DNA of 64,000 nt from the NCBI GenBank assembly GCA_963708025.1, contig CAVPSB010000022.1:160001-224000 (forward strand), in the 5' to 3' direction. The notes under the pieces were generated by a model. It was not told where the DNA came from. It made no database searches and worked only from the letters and a program-made list of their open reading frames with translations. The stretch comes from an uncultured Candidatus Rokubacteria bacterium (lineage in GTDB: Bacteria; Methylomirabilota; Methylomirabilia; Rokubacteriales; DASRDR01). Positions 43,104 to 53,431 of the stretch are shown piece by piece. Position 1 is the stretch's first letter. Every line of letters begins with the position of its first letter. The position numbers and the translations under genes are program-made.

Positions 43104-44086
43104 TGCGCGTGGCGATCGTCGGGTGCGGCCGCATGGGGCGCCGCCGGGCGGAGGCGCTGGGAGAGGCCACGCTCGTCGCCGTGGCCGACCCCGACGCGGG
43201 CCGGGCCCGCGACCTGGCCAGCCGGTTCGCGGGCTGCGAGAGCCACACCGAGTGGCGGGCGCTGGTCAGCCGCGACGACGTCGACGTCGTGATCGTGGCC
43301 ACGACCAACGACGCCCTCGCCCCGGTGACGCTGGCGGCCGTGGAGCGCGGCAAGCACGTCCTCGTCGAGAAGCCGGCGGCCCGCCGCGCGGCCGAGCTGG
43401 CGCCGGTCGCCGCCGCCGCCCGCGCGGCCGGGGTCACGGTGAAGGTCGGCTTCAACCACCGCTTCCACCCGGCCGCGCTCCGGGCCCGGGCCCTGTTCGA
43501 CGAGGGCGCGGTCGGCCCGCTCCTCTACGTCCGGGGGCGGTACGGGCACGGCGGCCGGCTGGGCTACGAGCGCGAGTGGCGCGCCGACCCGGCGCGGGCC
43601 GGCGGCGGCGAGCTGCTCGACCAGGGGGTGCACCTGATCGACCTGGCCCGCTGGTTCGCCGGGGATTTCGTGGAGACGACGGGCCGGCTGGCGACCTATT
43701 ATTGGGACATGCCGGTCGAGGACAACGCCTTCGTCCTGCTCCGGACCGCCGGTGGCCAGGTCGCCTGGCTCCACGCGAGCTGCACCGAGTGGAAGAACCT
43801 GTTCTCCTTCGAGATCTTCGGCCGAGACGGCAAGCTCCAGTGGGACGGGCTCGGCGGGAGCTACGGGCTCGAGCGCCTGACGCTCTACCGGATGCGGCCG
43901 GAGATGGGCCCGCCCGAGACCACGACGTGGGAGTACCCCGGGGAAGACCTCTCGTGGCGCGCCGAGTGGCGCCACTTCCTGGACGCGGTCGCCGGGAAGA
44001 TGGAGCCGTGGGGCTCGCTGGAAGACACACTGGCCGTGCTCCGCCTCGTCGAGCGCGTGTACGCGCAGGGAACGCCCCGGCCGTGA
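43103..44086 (+). CDS. Gfo/Idh/MocA family oxidoreductase (LmbZ-like)
   Basis: IVGCGRMG, HVLVEKP, GFNHRF, GGGELLDQGVHLID. Confidence 0.92.
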   Translation: MRVAIVGCGRMGRRRAEALGEATLVAVADPDAGRARDLASRFAGCESHTEWRALVSRDDVDVVIVATTNDALAPVTLAAVERGKHVLVEKPAARRAAELAPVAAAARAAGVTVKVGFNHRFHPAALRARALFDEGAVGPLLYVRGRYGHGGRLGYEREWRADPARAGGGELLDQGVHLIDLARWFAGDFVETTGRLATYYWDMPVEDNAFVLLRTAGGQVAWLHASCTEWKNLFSFEIFGRDGKLQWDGLGGSYGLERLTLYRMRPEMGPPETTTWEYPGEDLSWRAEWRHFLDAVAGKMEPWGSLEDTLAVLRLVERVYAQGTPRP

Positions 44087-45063
44087 TCATCACCCGCAGC
44101 CCGCTCCGGATCTCGCTCGGCGGCGGAGGCACCGACCTGCCGTCCTACTACCGGCGTCACGGCGGCTTCCTGGTGGCCGCGGCCATCGACAAGTACGTCT
44201 ACTTCACGGTGCACCGGACGTTCGTGGACGACCTGATCGTCAAGTACTCGAAGCTCGAGCGGGTCAAGGGGGCCGGCGACGTCCAGCACCCCATCGTCCG
44301 CGAGGCCTTGCGCCTGGTGGGCATCGACGGCCCCTACCTCGAGCTGACCAGCATGGCCGACATCCCGGCCGGCACCGGGCTCGGCTCCTCGGGCAGCTTC
44401 ACGACGGCCCTCCTCAAGGCGCTCCACGCGCTGACCAACCGGCTCGTCAGTCCCCGCGAGCTGGCCGAGCAGGCGTGCCACATCGAGATCGACCGGCTCG
44501 GCGAGCCGATCGGCAAGCAGGACCAGTACATCGCGGCGACCGGCGGCGTCACCTGCTTCGAGTTCCGGCCCGACGACCGGGTGGAGGCGTGGCCCCTGAA
44601 GGTCTCGACGGAGACGCTGTACAACCTCGAGGACAGCCTGCTGCTCTTCTTCACCGGGTACACGCGGGCGGCCTCGAGCATCCTCCGCGAACAGGACACC
44701 CGGACCCGCGGCGGCGACGACGCGATGCTCGAAGGCCTGCACTTCGTCAAGGACCTCGGCTACCGGAGCAAGGATGCGCTGGAGGCGGGTGATCTGCGCG
44801 GGTTCGCCGAGCTGCTGCGGGTCCACTGGGAGCACAAGCGGCGGCGCGGCGCCGGGATCACCAACCCCGAGATCGACCGCTGGTACGAGGTCGGCATGGC
44901 CAGCGGCGCCCTCGGCGGCAAGCTCATCGGCGCGGGCGGCGGCGGCTTCCTGATGTTCTACGCCGAGGAGAAGGGCCGGCTCCGCCGGGCCATGGCCGGG
45001 CTCGGGCTCCCCGAGCTGCGCTTCCGCTTCGACTTCGAGGGCACCAAGGTCGTGGTGCAATGA
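44083..45063 (+). CDS. GHMP sugar-phosphate 1-kinase (HddA/LmbP-like)
   Basis: PLRISLGGGGTD, PAGTGLGSSG, GKQDQY, GGKLIGAGGGG. Confidence 0.92.
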   Translation: MIITRSPLRISLGGGGTDLPSYYRRHGGFLVAAAIDKYVYFTVHRTFVDDLIVKYSKLERVKGAGDVQHPIVREALRLVGIDGPYLELTSMADIPAGTGLGSSGSFTTALLKALHALTNRLVSPRELAEQACHIEIDRLGEPIGKQDQYIAATGGVTCFEFRPDDRVEAWPLKVSTETLYNLEDSLLLFFTGYTRAASSILREQDTRTRGGDDAMLEGLHFVKDLGYRSKDALEAGDLRGFAELLRVHWEHKRRRGAGITNPEIDRWYEVGMASGALGGKLIGAGGGGFLMFYAEEKGRLRRAMAGLGLPELRFRFDFEGTKVVVQ

Positions 45064-46052
45064 ACACCCCGAACCCCGGGCCGACCCGAACGTGGCCGAG
45101 CGTGGATGGCGCGGCGCTCGGCGTGATCACGCGAGAGCCGTTCCGACCGAAGGCGTCGAGATCGGAAGTCCCGCCGATCGGCTACATCTTCACCACGGAG
45201 CAGTGTCAACTTTCCTGCGTCATGTGCCACTTCAACGGGCCCAAGGCCGTTCGGAAGATGGCCACGCTCGATCCGGCGCTGGTCCGGAAAGCGCTCAGCG
45301 GGCGTCGGCCCGGAGAGAGCGTCTGGTTCGTCGCCACCGGGGAGTTCTTCAGCGATCCGAATGCCCTGCTCCACCTCCGCACGGCCCGCGACCTCGGCCT
45401 GGCGCCGCGCGTCATCACCCACGGCCAGCTTCTGACCCCGCCGCTGATCGATGAGATCCTCGAGATCGGCGTGCGCGAGATCCTGTTCAGCGTCGACGCC
45501 ATCGATCCCGATCGGTACGCGAAGATCCGCCGCGGCGGTCGCCTGGAGATCATCCTCGACGCGTGCGCCCATCTCAGCATGCGGAAGCACGAGTACCCCG
45601 ACCTTCGCGTGGGCGTGACCGCCATATGCTTCGTCAGACAGCCTACGGAACGGTCGGTGGTCGAGGAGTTCTGGCGGACGCGAGTGGACTACGTCCAGTT
45701 CGTCTCGGAGTACTACGACGTGTTTCGCTTTCGGCGCGTCTTCCACCTGCCTCGCCGACGCACTGACTGCCTCCTGCAGCTCATGCCGCTTCCCACCGGA
45801 CGGGTCGCGCCCTGTTGTGCCGTCGTGATTCATGCCCACGACCGGGACGTGTCCTGGCTGCCCCATCTGGCCGATGACAGCCCGGAGGAGGCGTATCGGA
45901 AGCTGTGTGACCTGTACGACGATCCGGAGAGTCCGCTCGGGGAGATCTGCAAGACGTGCGACTGGTGGGTCCAGTTTCACACCAACGACGTGGGCGAATC
46001 GCCGATCTACGAGAGGGTCGAGCTCGACGCGCCCACGCCCAGCCCCGGGTGA
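45060..46052 (+). CDS. Radical SAM protein with C-terminal SPASM/twitch-like cysteines
   Basis: CQLSCVMC, FSVDAID, C-terminal C...PCC...CKTC. Confidence 0.85.
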   Translation: MNTPNPGPTRTWPSVDGAALGVITREPFRPKASRSEVPPIGYIFTTEQCQLSCVMCHFNGPKAVRKMATLDPALVRKALSGRRPGESVWFVATGEFFSDPNALLHLRTARDLGLAPRVITHGQLLTPPLIDEILEIGVREILFSVDAIDPDRYAKIRRGGRLEIILDACAHLSMRKHEYPDLRVGVTAICFVRQPTERSVVEEFWRTRVDYVQFVSEYYDVFRFRRVFHLPRRRTDCLLQLMPLPTGRVAPCCAVVIHAHDRDVSWLPHLADDSPEEAYRKLCDLYDDPESPLGEICKTCDWWVQFHTNDVGESPIYERVELDAPTPSPG

Positions 46053-46790
46053 GGGCCGTGGACGTCGGCGAGGTGCCGGTGGCGATCCTCGCCGGGGGCC
46101 TGGCGACGCGGCTGGGACCCGTCGCGGGCCGCATCCCGAAAGCCCTGGTGGAGGTCGCCGGCCGGCCGTTCATCGCCCACCAGCTCGCGCGCCTCCGCGA
46201 GGCCGGGATCCGGCGGGTCGTCCTGTGCCTCGGCCACCTCGGGGAGCAGGTCGAGGCGTACGTCGGCGACGGCGCCGCCCACGGCCTCGCCGTCCGCTAC
46301 TCGTACGACGGGCCAACGCTGCTCGGCACCGCTGGCGCCCTGCGCCGCGCCGAGACCCTGCTGGGCGAGGTCTTCTGGGTCCTCTACGGCGACGCCTACC
46401 TCGAGGTCGACTACCGCGCCGTGCTGGCCGAGCTCGAGCGCCGGGGCGGTCTCGGGATCATGCTCGTGCTGCGGAACGAGAACCAGTGGGATCGGAGCAA
46501 CGTCGTCTTCCGAGACGGGCGCCTGGTCCGCTACGACAAGGCCCGGCCTACGCCCGACATGACGCACATCGACTACGGGGCGGCGATCCTCCGCAAGACA
46601 GCGCTCGCCCGGGTTCCGTCGGATCGCCCCTGCGATCTCGCCGACGTCTATCGCGACCTGGTGGACGAGGGGCTGCTGTCCGGGTACGAGGTGACGCGCC
46701 GCTTCTACGAGGTCGGCTCGCCGGCCGGCCTCGTCGAGACGCAACGCTACCTGGAGGGCCGGCTGCGGCAGTCGTTCCGGCCCCCCCTCC
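46049..46790 (+). CDS. Sugar-1-phosphate nucleotidyltransferase (HddC/LmbO-like); 3' end uncertain
   Basis: ILAGGLATRLG..IPKALV, LGTAGAL, YGDAY, FYEVGS; homology ends near 46770 but the frame stays open to 47068. Confidence 0.88.
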
Positions 46791-46835
46791 CCCGGTGGGT
46801 GGGGGAGGGGGCTGGGGGTAGGGCGGGAGGTCCCG
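46781..46835. repeat. G-rich REP-like palindromic element, copy 2
   Basis: CCCCCCCTCCCCCGGTGGGTGGGGGAGGGGG...GGGAGGTCCCG immediately before the SIS gene ATG. Confidence 0.7.
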
Positions 46836-47433
46836 ATGTCGTACGCCAGGGACTACCTCGCCGAGGCCGGCCGCATCGCCGCGAGCCTGGACCCTGCCGC
46901 GATCGAGCGGCTGGTGGCGCTCCTCGTCGCTGTCCGGGAGCGCGGCGGCCGCCTGTTCGTGCTGGGTGTGGGCGGCAGCGCGGCGAACGCCTCGCACGCC
47001 GTCAACGACTTCCGGAAGCTGGCCGGCCTCGAGGCGTACGCGCCCGACGGACAACGTGGCCGAGCTGACGGCGCGGGTCAACGACGAGGGCTGGGAGACG
47101 GTGTTCGCCGCCTGGCTGCGGGGCAGCCGCCTGACGGCCCGCGACGTCGTCCTGGTCCTGTCGGTCGGCGGCGGCGACCTCGAGCGGAACGTCAGCCCGA
47201 ACCTGGTGCACGCCCTCCGTCACGCCAAGGACGTCGGGGCCGCGGTCGGTGGGATCGTCGGACGCGACGGAGGCTACACCGCCCGCGTGGCCGACGTCTG
47301 CGTGATCGTTCCGACCGTCGACCCCGCCCGCGTCACCCCGCACACCGAGGCCTTCCAGGCCGTCGTCTGCCACCTCCTGGTTTCCCATCCGGCGCTGCAG
47401 GCGGCGCCGGGCAAGTGGGAGTCGATGCGCTGA
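46836..47433 (+). CDS. SIS-domain phosphosugar isomerase (GmhA/LmbN-like), frameshift near 47048
   Basis: GVGGSAANASHAVNDFRK, then TDNVAELTARVND, GRDGG, PHTEAFQ. Confidence 0.88.
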
Positions 47434-47981
47434 TGCGGCGGGCGGTCTTCCTCGACCGCGACGGCGTGCTCAACCGGACCGTCGTGCGGGACGGTGTCCC
47501 TCGGCCGCCGGCGTCGGCCGACGAGCTGGAGATCCTGCCGGGGGTGGGAGAGGCGCTCCGCGCACTGGCGGCCGCGGGCTGGGTGCTGGTGGTCGTGACC
47601 AACCAGCCGGACGTCGCCCGCGGGCGGCAGACCCGGGCCGTCGTGGAGGAGATCAACCGTCGCCTCCTGGCGGCCCTGCCGATCCACGCCGTGCTAACCT
47701 GCTACCACGACGACGGGGACGGCTGCGACTGCCGGAAGCCGCGGCCCGGCCTCCTGCGCCGGGCGGCCGCCGCGCACGGGGTCGATCTCGCGGCGAGCGT
47801 CATGATCGGGGATCGCTGGAGCGACGTCGCGGCCGGCCGGGCGGCCGGCTGTCGAACCTTCCTGGTCCGCGCCCCCTACAGCGAGCCCGAGCGCTGCCGG
47901 GCGGACCACGAGGTGAGGAGCCTCGGCGAGGCGGCCCGGGCCATCCTGGGCCTCGCCGGCCCGGCCGAGCGGGAGGAGCCC
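47433..47981 (+). CDS. gmhB: Sugar bisphosphate phosphatase (GmhB/LmbK-like HAD); in frame with the transaldolase
   Basis: FLDRDGVLN, VTNQ, CYH..C.CRKP.PG, IGDRWSD; no stop before the next ATG. Confidence 0.88.
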
Positions 47982-48699
47982 ATGCCGACACTCGAGGGCC
48001 TCCGGGTCAAGATCTTCGCCGACGGCGCCGACCTGGCGACCATGCTCGAGATGGCCCGCCTGCCCTACATCGCGGGCTTCACCACCAACCCGACGCTCAT
48101 GCGGAAGGCCGGGGTCGCGGACTACCGCGCGTTCGCCCGGGAGGTGCTGCGCGCGATCCCGGACCGCCCGATCTCCTTCGAGGTGTTCGCCGACGACTTC
48201 GCCGAGATGGAGCGCCAGGCGCACGACATCGCCGGCTGGGGCGAGAACGTCTACGTGAAGATCCCGGTGACGGACACCGAGGGGCGCCCGACCGACGACT
48301 GCATCCGCCGGCTCGCCAAGGCCGAGGTCCGGCTCAACATCACCGCGATCCTGACGCTCGAGCAGGTCCAGCGGGTCGCGCGCGCCCTGGAAGACGGCCG
48401 GTCGAGCGTCGTCTCGGTCTTCGCGGGCCGTATCGCGGACACCGGCCGCGACCCGGTGCCCCTCATGGCCGCCGCGGTGGACCTGCTTCGCCCGTACCCC
48501 CGCCAGCAGCTCCTCTGGGCGAGCCCCCGGGAGCTGCTCAACGTCTTCCAGGCCGACGCCATCGGCTGCCACATCATCACGGCGACCGCGGACATCCTCC
48601 AGAAGCTCCCCCTGGTCGGCAAGGACCTGACCGACGTACTCGCTGGAGACGGTGCGGATGTTCCACCGGGACGCCCGCCAGGCGGGCTACGTGCTGTGA
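47982..48699 (+). CDS. Transaldolase-family protein (frameshift near 48636)
   Basis: IFADGAD, GFTTNPTLM, SFEV, VYVKIP, SVFAGRIADTG, LWASPRE; C-terminus YSLETVRMFHRD. Confidence 0.9.
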
Positions 48700-48776
48700 C
48701 GGATAAGGCGGCGCAGCACCCGGCAGAGCCGATGACCCTCTCCTCCTGCCGCCCCGGTGACCAGGACGCTCCGCAC
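48700..48776 (-). pseudogene. Tiny remnant of an NAD-dependent epimerase 5' end
   Basis: SVLVTGAAGGEGHRLCRVLRR, homologous to about 59150-59217. Confidence 0.65.
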
Positions 48777-48818
48777 GACGGTCCATGATACGCCGGCCCC
48801 CGGCGAGCGCTCGGCAGC

Positions 48819-51084
48819 GTGCCTGAGCCGGGGTCCGCCGCGGCTGTCGTCTCGGGTGCCGCCGCCTTCGCGCTCCTGACCGCGGCCGGCCTGGCGGGGG
48901 GCCTGGGAGTGCTCGTCCTGCTGCGCACCCCGGCCGACCCGGCGCGGCGCCTGCTCCTGGCCCCGTTCGCCGCCACCCTCGTCTGGGCCCTGACCGGAAA
49001 CCTGCTCGTCCGTTTCGGGCTGACCGTGGCCCAGGCCACGCCGCCGATCGCCCTGGTGTCCCTGGGGCTGGCGGTGGTGGGGATCGGGGCGGCGGCGCGG
49101 CTCCGCCTCCGACCCGCGCTCGTCGCGACGCTCGGGGCCGGGCTCGGCCTCACGGTGGCGGTCGCCACCTGGCCCTTCTTCGCGCGGGGCCTCACGGCTC
49201 ACCTCGGCTCGCCCAACCTCGACACGGCGTACTTCACGAGCATCGCCGCCGCCTTGTGGCGCTCCGGGCTCGACGCCTCGTCCGCCCAGACGCCGTTCTT
49301 CGAGCGCTTCGGCCCCGTCGTGGGGGTACTGGGGCCGGCCCGGAACCATTCCTACGTGCTCCTCGGGCTCTTCTCCCCGCTCGTGGAGGCGGGCGAGCCC
49401 GTCTTCGTCCGCAACCTGCTCGTCTGCTGGTCGATCCTCGTGCTCGCCTTCAGCCTCGCCTTCTACCGCGCCGCCTGGAGCAGCGCGAGCGAGGGGCGGG
49501 AGGCCTGCTCCTGGGCGATTCTCTTCTACGTCCTGGCGACGGTGGGCATCGGGTGGGCGGTCGTCCCGGCCCTGGTCGGCAACTGGGACAACGGCCTCTT
49601 CGTCTCGGTGGGGCCGGCCCTGGCCGGCCTAGCCGCGGAGGCGCCGCGCCGCCCAGGCTACTCGATCCTCCTGGGCGCGACCATCGCCTACGCCGGATAC
49701 ACCTACCCGGAGCTGGCCCTCTTCGTCGCCCTCTTCCTCCTGCCCCTGTACTTGTGGGCGCTCCAGGCGCCGGCCACGGGATCGCGAACGCTCCGCGCAT
49801 ACGCCGCGGCAGGGCTGACCGCGGCGATCCTGCTCCTGCCGGGCGTGATGCCGCTCACGAGGTTTTTCCTCGGGCAGGTGGACTCGGCACGTGTGTCCGG
49901 CCCGAGACCGGGCGGCAGCTTCGCGGGAGGGCTCGCCAGCGCGCCCCTCGACCCCTCGGCCTGGTGGGCTCTGGGGGCCGAGCACGGCGACACCACCGGA
50001 CGATGGGGATGGCTCTGCGCGCTGGCCCTCACCGCGCTCGCCCTGGTGGGTCTGGTCAGCCTAGCCCGCCGGCGACGCTGGCCCGAGGTCACCGCCCTTG
50101 GCCTCGTCGGGGCCAGCCTCGCCTACTACGTGCTCGTTCGACGGCTACGGCTACGCCGCCTACAAGATCCTCAGCGTCGCCTGGTGGCTGGTCGCCGGCT
50201 GCCTCGTCGAGGGGTGTGGCGCGCTGGCGGCCGCGACGCGGGCCGGCCGCACGCGGCACCGCCTGGTCGTCGGCGCCCTCGCCACCGTCCTGCTCACCAG
50301 CCTGCTCGTCGCCGAGCGCGAGCGAGCCGGGGTCTTCTTCGACGAGAGTGCCTTCCGACGCCAGCCGACGCTGGCCGCCCTCACCCGACTCCGGGCGGCC
50401 GCCGTGGGCCAGCCCTCGATGGACGTGCTGGTGACCGGCCCCTCGCTCGACTACCTGACGCTGCCCTGGATTTTCTACGCGCTCAAGGACACCCCGCTCC
50501 GGCCATACCATCACTGGAACCTCACCCCTCCCGTCCCCGGGGGAGCCGGCTTGGCGCCCGACGGCCCCGTACCCGCGAGTCTCCTGCTCCGCTCACAGGA
50601 CGTCCCCGGCCTCCCGGCCCGATTCCGGACGCCGGAGTTCGCTCTCGTTAGCCTCAAGGGGATGGCCCTCGTCGAGCACGTTGACAGCCCCAACCAACTG
50701 GAACCCTGGGGGACCTGGCTCGGCACCCGGCCCATCACCGTCTCGGTGCTGGCTGACCCGGGGTCGGCCCTGACGCTGACCTTCGAGGCCGCCCCCGGTC
50801 CCAGCCGCCCCGAGACTCCCCGCCGGACCCTCGTCCTGCAGGCCGGCACCCGCCCCCTGGGTCGATTCGAGATCGACGGGCAGACCCGGATCGCCGTCCC
50901 CTTCGTCACCGCCGGCAGCCGCGAGACCCTGACCCTCTCCACGCCGGACCTCCCCACCCTCGCCATGACGCCCAACGGCGACACGCGGCCGCTGCTCGTG
51001 AGCATCCGCGATCTGAAGATCACGCCCCGCCCCCCGCGCCCCGGCCTCGCGTCCGAACGGCCGCCCCCTGCTGACCGGCGATGA
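48819..51084 (+). CDS. Large multi-pass membrane protein, paralog 1 (GT-C-like; frameshift near 50140)
   Basis: About 13 hydrophobic segments; GSPNLDT.Y, VGNWDNG, YTYPEL, YGYAAYK; soluble C-terminal domain ending NGDTRPLL. Confidence 0.75.
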
Positions 51085-53336
51085 TCGGACTGACCGAGCC
51101 CCAGTCTCCCCTCGCGCTCGCCCTCGGCCTCGGCTACTTTGCACTGCTGACCGGGGCGGGGCTCGCGGTAGGCCTGGGGCTGCTCGCCTTGCTCCGGTTC
51201 CCGACCGACCCGACCCGGTGCCTGCTCCTGGCACCCTTCGCCGCCACCATGGCCTGGGCCCTGGCGGGGACCCTGCTGGTCCGCTCCGGCTTCACCATGG
51301 CCCAGGTGACCCCGCCGATCGCGGCCGTCTCGCTGGGACTCGCGGTGCTCGGCATCGCCTCGGCGGTCCGGATGCGCCTTCGGCCCCGCCTGGCGGCGCT
51401 CGTCGTCGGCGTCGGGCTCGTGGTGGGGCTCGTGACCTGGCCCTACTTCGCACGGGGCCTCACGGCGCACATCGGCTCCCCTAACCTCGACACGTTCCAC
51501 TACACGAGCATCGCCGCCTCCTTCTGGCATTACGGGCTGGATCCGACCACGGCCTCGCTCCCGTTCTTTCAGCGCTACGCCCCCCTCGCCAGAGGGCTGG
51601 GACCAGGCCGGAACCACACGTTCGTGCTCCTGGCGTTCCTCTCCCCCCTCGTCGAGCCCGGCGAGCCCGTCTTCGTCCGGAACCTGTTCGTCTGCTGGTC
51701 GCTCTTCGTGCTGGCCTGCAGCCTGGCCTTCTACCGCGCCACTTGGGCCGGCCCGAACGACGGGACGGCGGCGTCGCCGCGCGGGATTCTCTTCTACGTC
51801 CTGACCACGGTAGGCATCGGCTGGGCCGTCGTCCCCGCTCTGGTCGGCAACTGGGACAACGGGCTGTTCGTCTCGGTGGGGCCGGTCCTGGCGGGGCTGG
51901 CCACCCGAGTGCCCCACGGCCCGGGCTACCCGGTCCTCCTCGGTGCGAGCCTCGCCTACGCCGTGTACACGTACCCGGAGCTGGCGCCGTTCCTGGGACT
52001 TTTCCTGGCGCCGCTCCATCTTCCGGCAGGACACTGGACGCCGGCGTGGCGCCGCCTCCTGCCCGCCTACGCGCTCGGGACCGGCCTGGCCATCCTGCTG
52101 GTGGCCCCGGGGGCGAAGCCCCTCTGGACGTTCCTGCAACGTCAGGGGGACGCGGCCCGCGTCATGGAAGGCATGAGGCCGGGCGGCGCGTTTGCGGCAG
52201 GGCTCGCGAGCTTGCCGTCCGACCTCTCGGCCTGGTGGGCGCTCGGGGCCGAGCACGGATTTCGCCCGGCGGAGTCCTGGCCGCGGCTCTGCGCGTGGCT
52301 CCTCACCGGGCTCGTCCTGGCCGGGGTCGTGCGCCTCGGGCGACACGGACATTGGCGCGAGATCGCAGCGTTCGCCCTGATGGCCACGAGCCTCGTCTAC
52401 TTCGTGTTCGTGGACCGCTACGGGTATGCGGCCTACAAGATCCTGAGCGTCGGCTGGTGGCTGGTCGGCCGCTGCGTCGTCGAGGGGTTCGCCGGGGTCG
52501 TGACCCTGACGCACGCTCGCTCGCGCGTCACGTGGCCGGTCCGTCTCGGGCACCGCGCGACGATCGGCGCGCTCGCTGCAGGCCTGCTGACCTGCCTCGT
52601 CGTAGCGGAGCGCCACCGCTTCCAGACTTATTTCCCGCGGGACTTCCTGCAGTACCAACCGACGCTGGCATCGCTGGCCCGTCTCCGCTCGGCGGCGGCG
52701 AGCCAGCCGCCGATCGACGCGGTGGCAACCCAGGCGCTCGGTCATCCTTTCATGCTGCCCTGGGTCTTCTACGCGCTCAGGGATACCCCGGTCCGGCTGC
52801 ACCACGACAAGAAGCTGACGTACCCGGTTCCCGGCGGCGCTCCGTGGCCCGACGGCCCGCTGCCCGCGGGCGTCCTGCTTCCCGCGAGAGATCTCCACGG
52901 GGGCCTGCCGAGGTTCACGACCGCGGAGTTCGCCTTGGTCGATTTCGGGGCCACCGCACTCATCGAATCAATCGAGAACCCTAACCAGCTCGAAGCCTGG
53001 GGCACCTGGCTTGGCACCCGGGCCGTCAGCGTTACGCTGCTGGCCGGGCCGGGGCTCACCTCGACATTGAGCTTCGACGCGGCGCCCGGTCCCAGCCTGC
53101 CGGAGACGCCCCGCCGCACGCTACTGCTGCACGCGGGCTCGCGCGAGCTCGGGCGTGTCGAGATCGACGGGCCGGGTCGGGTCGCGTTCCAGTTCGTCAC
53201 GGCCGGCGGACGCGAGGTCCTGACACTGTCCACCCCCGACTTGCCGAGCGTAACCATCCTCGCGAACGGAGATCCCCGGCCGCTGCTCGTCAGCGTTCGG
53301 AACCTGACGATCGGGCCTCGCGGACCCGAGCGGTAG
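51081..53336 (+). CDS. Large multi-pass membrane protein, paralog 2 (GT-C-like)
   Basis: Intact 751-aa ORF with the same motifs; ATGA overlap with paralog 1. Confidence 0.8.
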   Translation: MIGLTEPQSPLALALGLGYFALLTGAGLAVGLGLLALLRFPTDPTRCLLLAPFAATMAWALAGTLLVRSGFTMAQVTPPIAAVSLGLAVLGIASAVRMRLRPRLAALVVGVGLVVGLVTWPYFARGLTAHIGSPNLDTFHYTSIAASFWHYGLDPTTASLPFFQRYAPLARGLGPGRNHTFVLLAFLSPLVEPGEPVFVRNLFVCWSLFVLACSLAFYRATWAGPNDGTAASPRGILFYVLTTVGIGWAVVPALVGNWDNGLFVSVGPVLAGLATRVPHGPGYPVLLGASLAYAVYTYPELAPFLGLFLAPLHLPAGHWTPAWRRLLPAYALGTGLAILLVAPGAKPLWTFLQRQGDAARVMEGMRPGGAFAAGLASLPSDLSAWWALGAEHGFRPAESWPRLCAWLLTGLVLAGVVRLGRHGHWREIAAFALMATSLVYFVFVDRYGYAAYKILSVGWWLVGRCVVEGFAGVVTLTHARSRVTWPVRLGHRATIGALAAGLLTCLVVAERHRFQTYFPRDFLQYQPTLASLARLRSAAASQPPIDAVATQALGHPFMLPWVFYALRDTPVRLHHDKKLTYPVPGGAPWPDGPLPAGVLLPARDLHGGLPRFTTAEFALVDFGATALIESIENPNQLEAWGTWLGTRAVSVTLLAGPGLTSTLSFDAAPGPSLPETPRRTLLLHAGSRELGRVEIDGPGRVAFQFVTAGGREVLTLSTPDLPSVTILANGDPRPLLVSVRNLTIGPRGPER

Positions 53337-53431
53337 CGCCCTCCCCTCGGATCACGGCTGTCGCAGCAGCTCGTACTGGGTGGTCCGCATGATCGGTCGG
53401 CCGCCGGTCCCCCCGCTGTCGCCGCTTCGCG

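Noticed and set aside
39147-48699. Lincosamide antibiotic biosynthetic cluster
   Set aside because: No aminotransferase, amino-acid activation/condensation or resistance genes seen; the context is surface glycan.
46836-48788. 650-aa GmhA-GmhB-transaldolase triple fusion
   Set aside because: The SIS part leaves frame near 47048 and has its own stop at 47433; only the GmhB-transaldolase junction is in frame.
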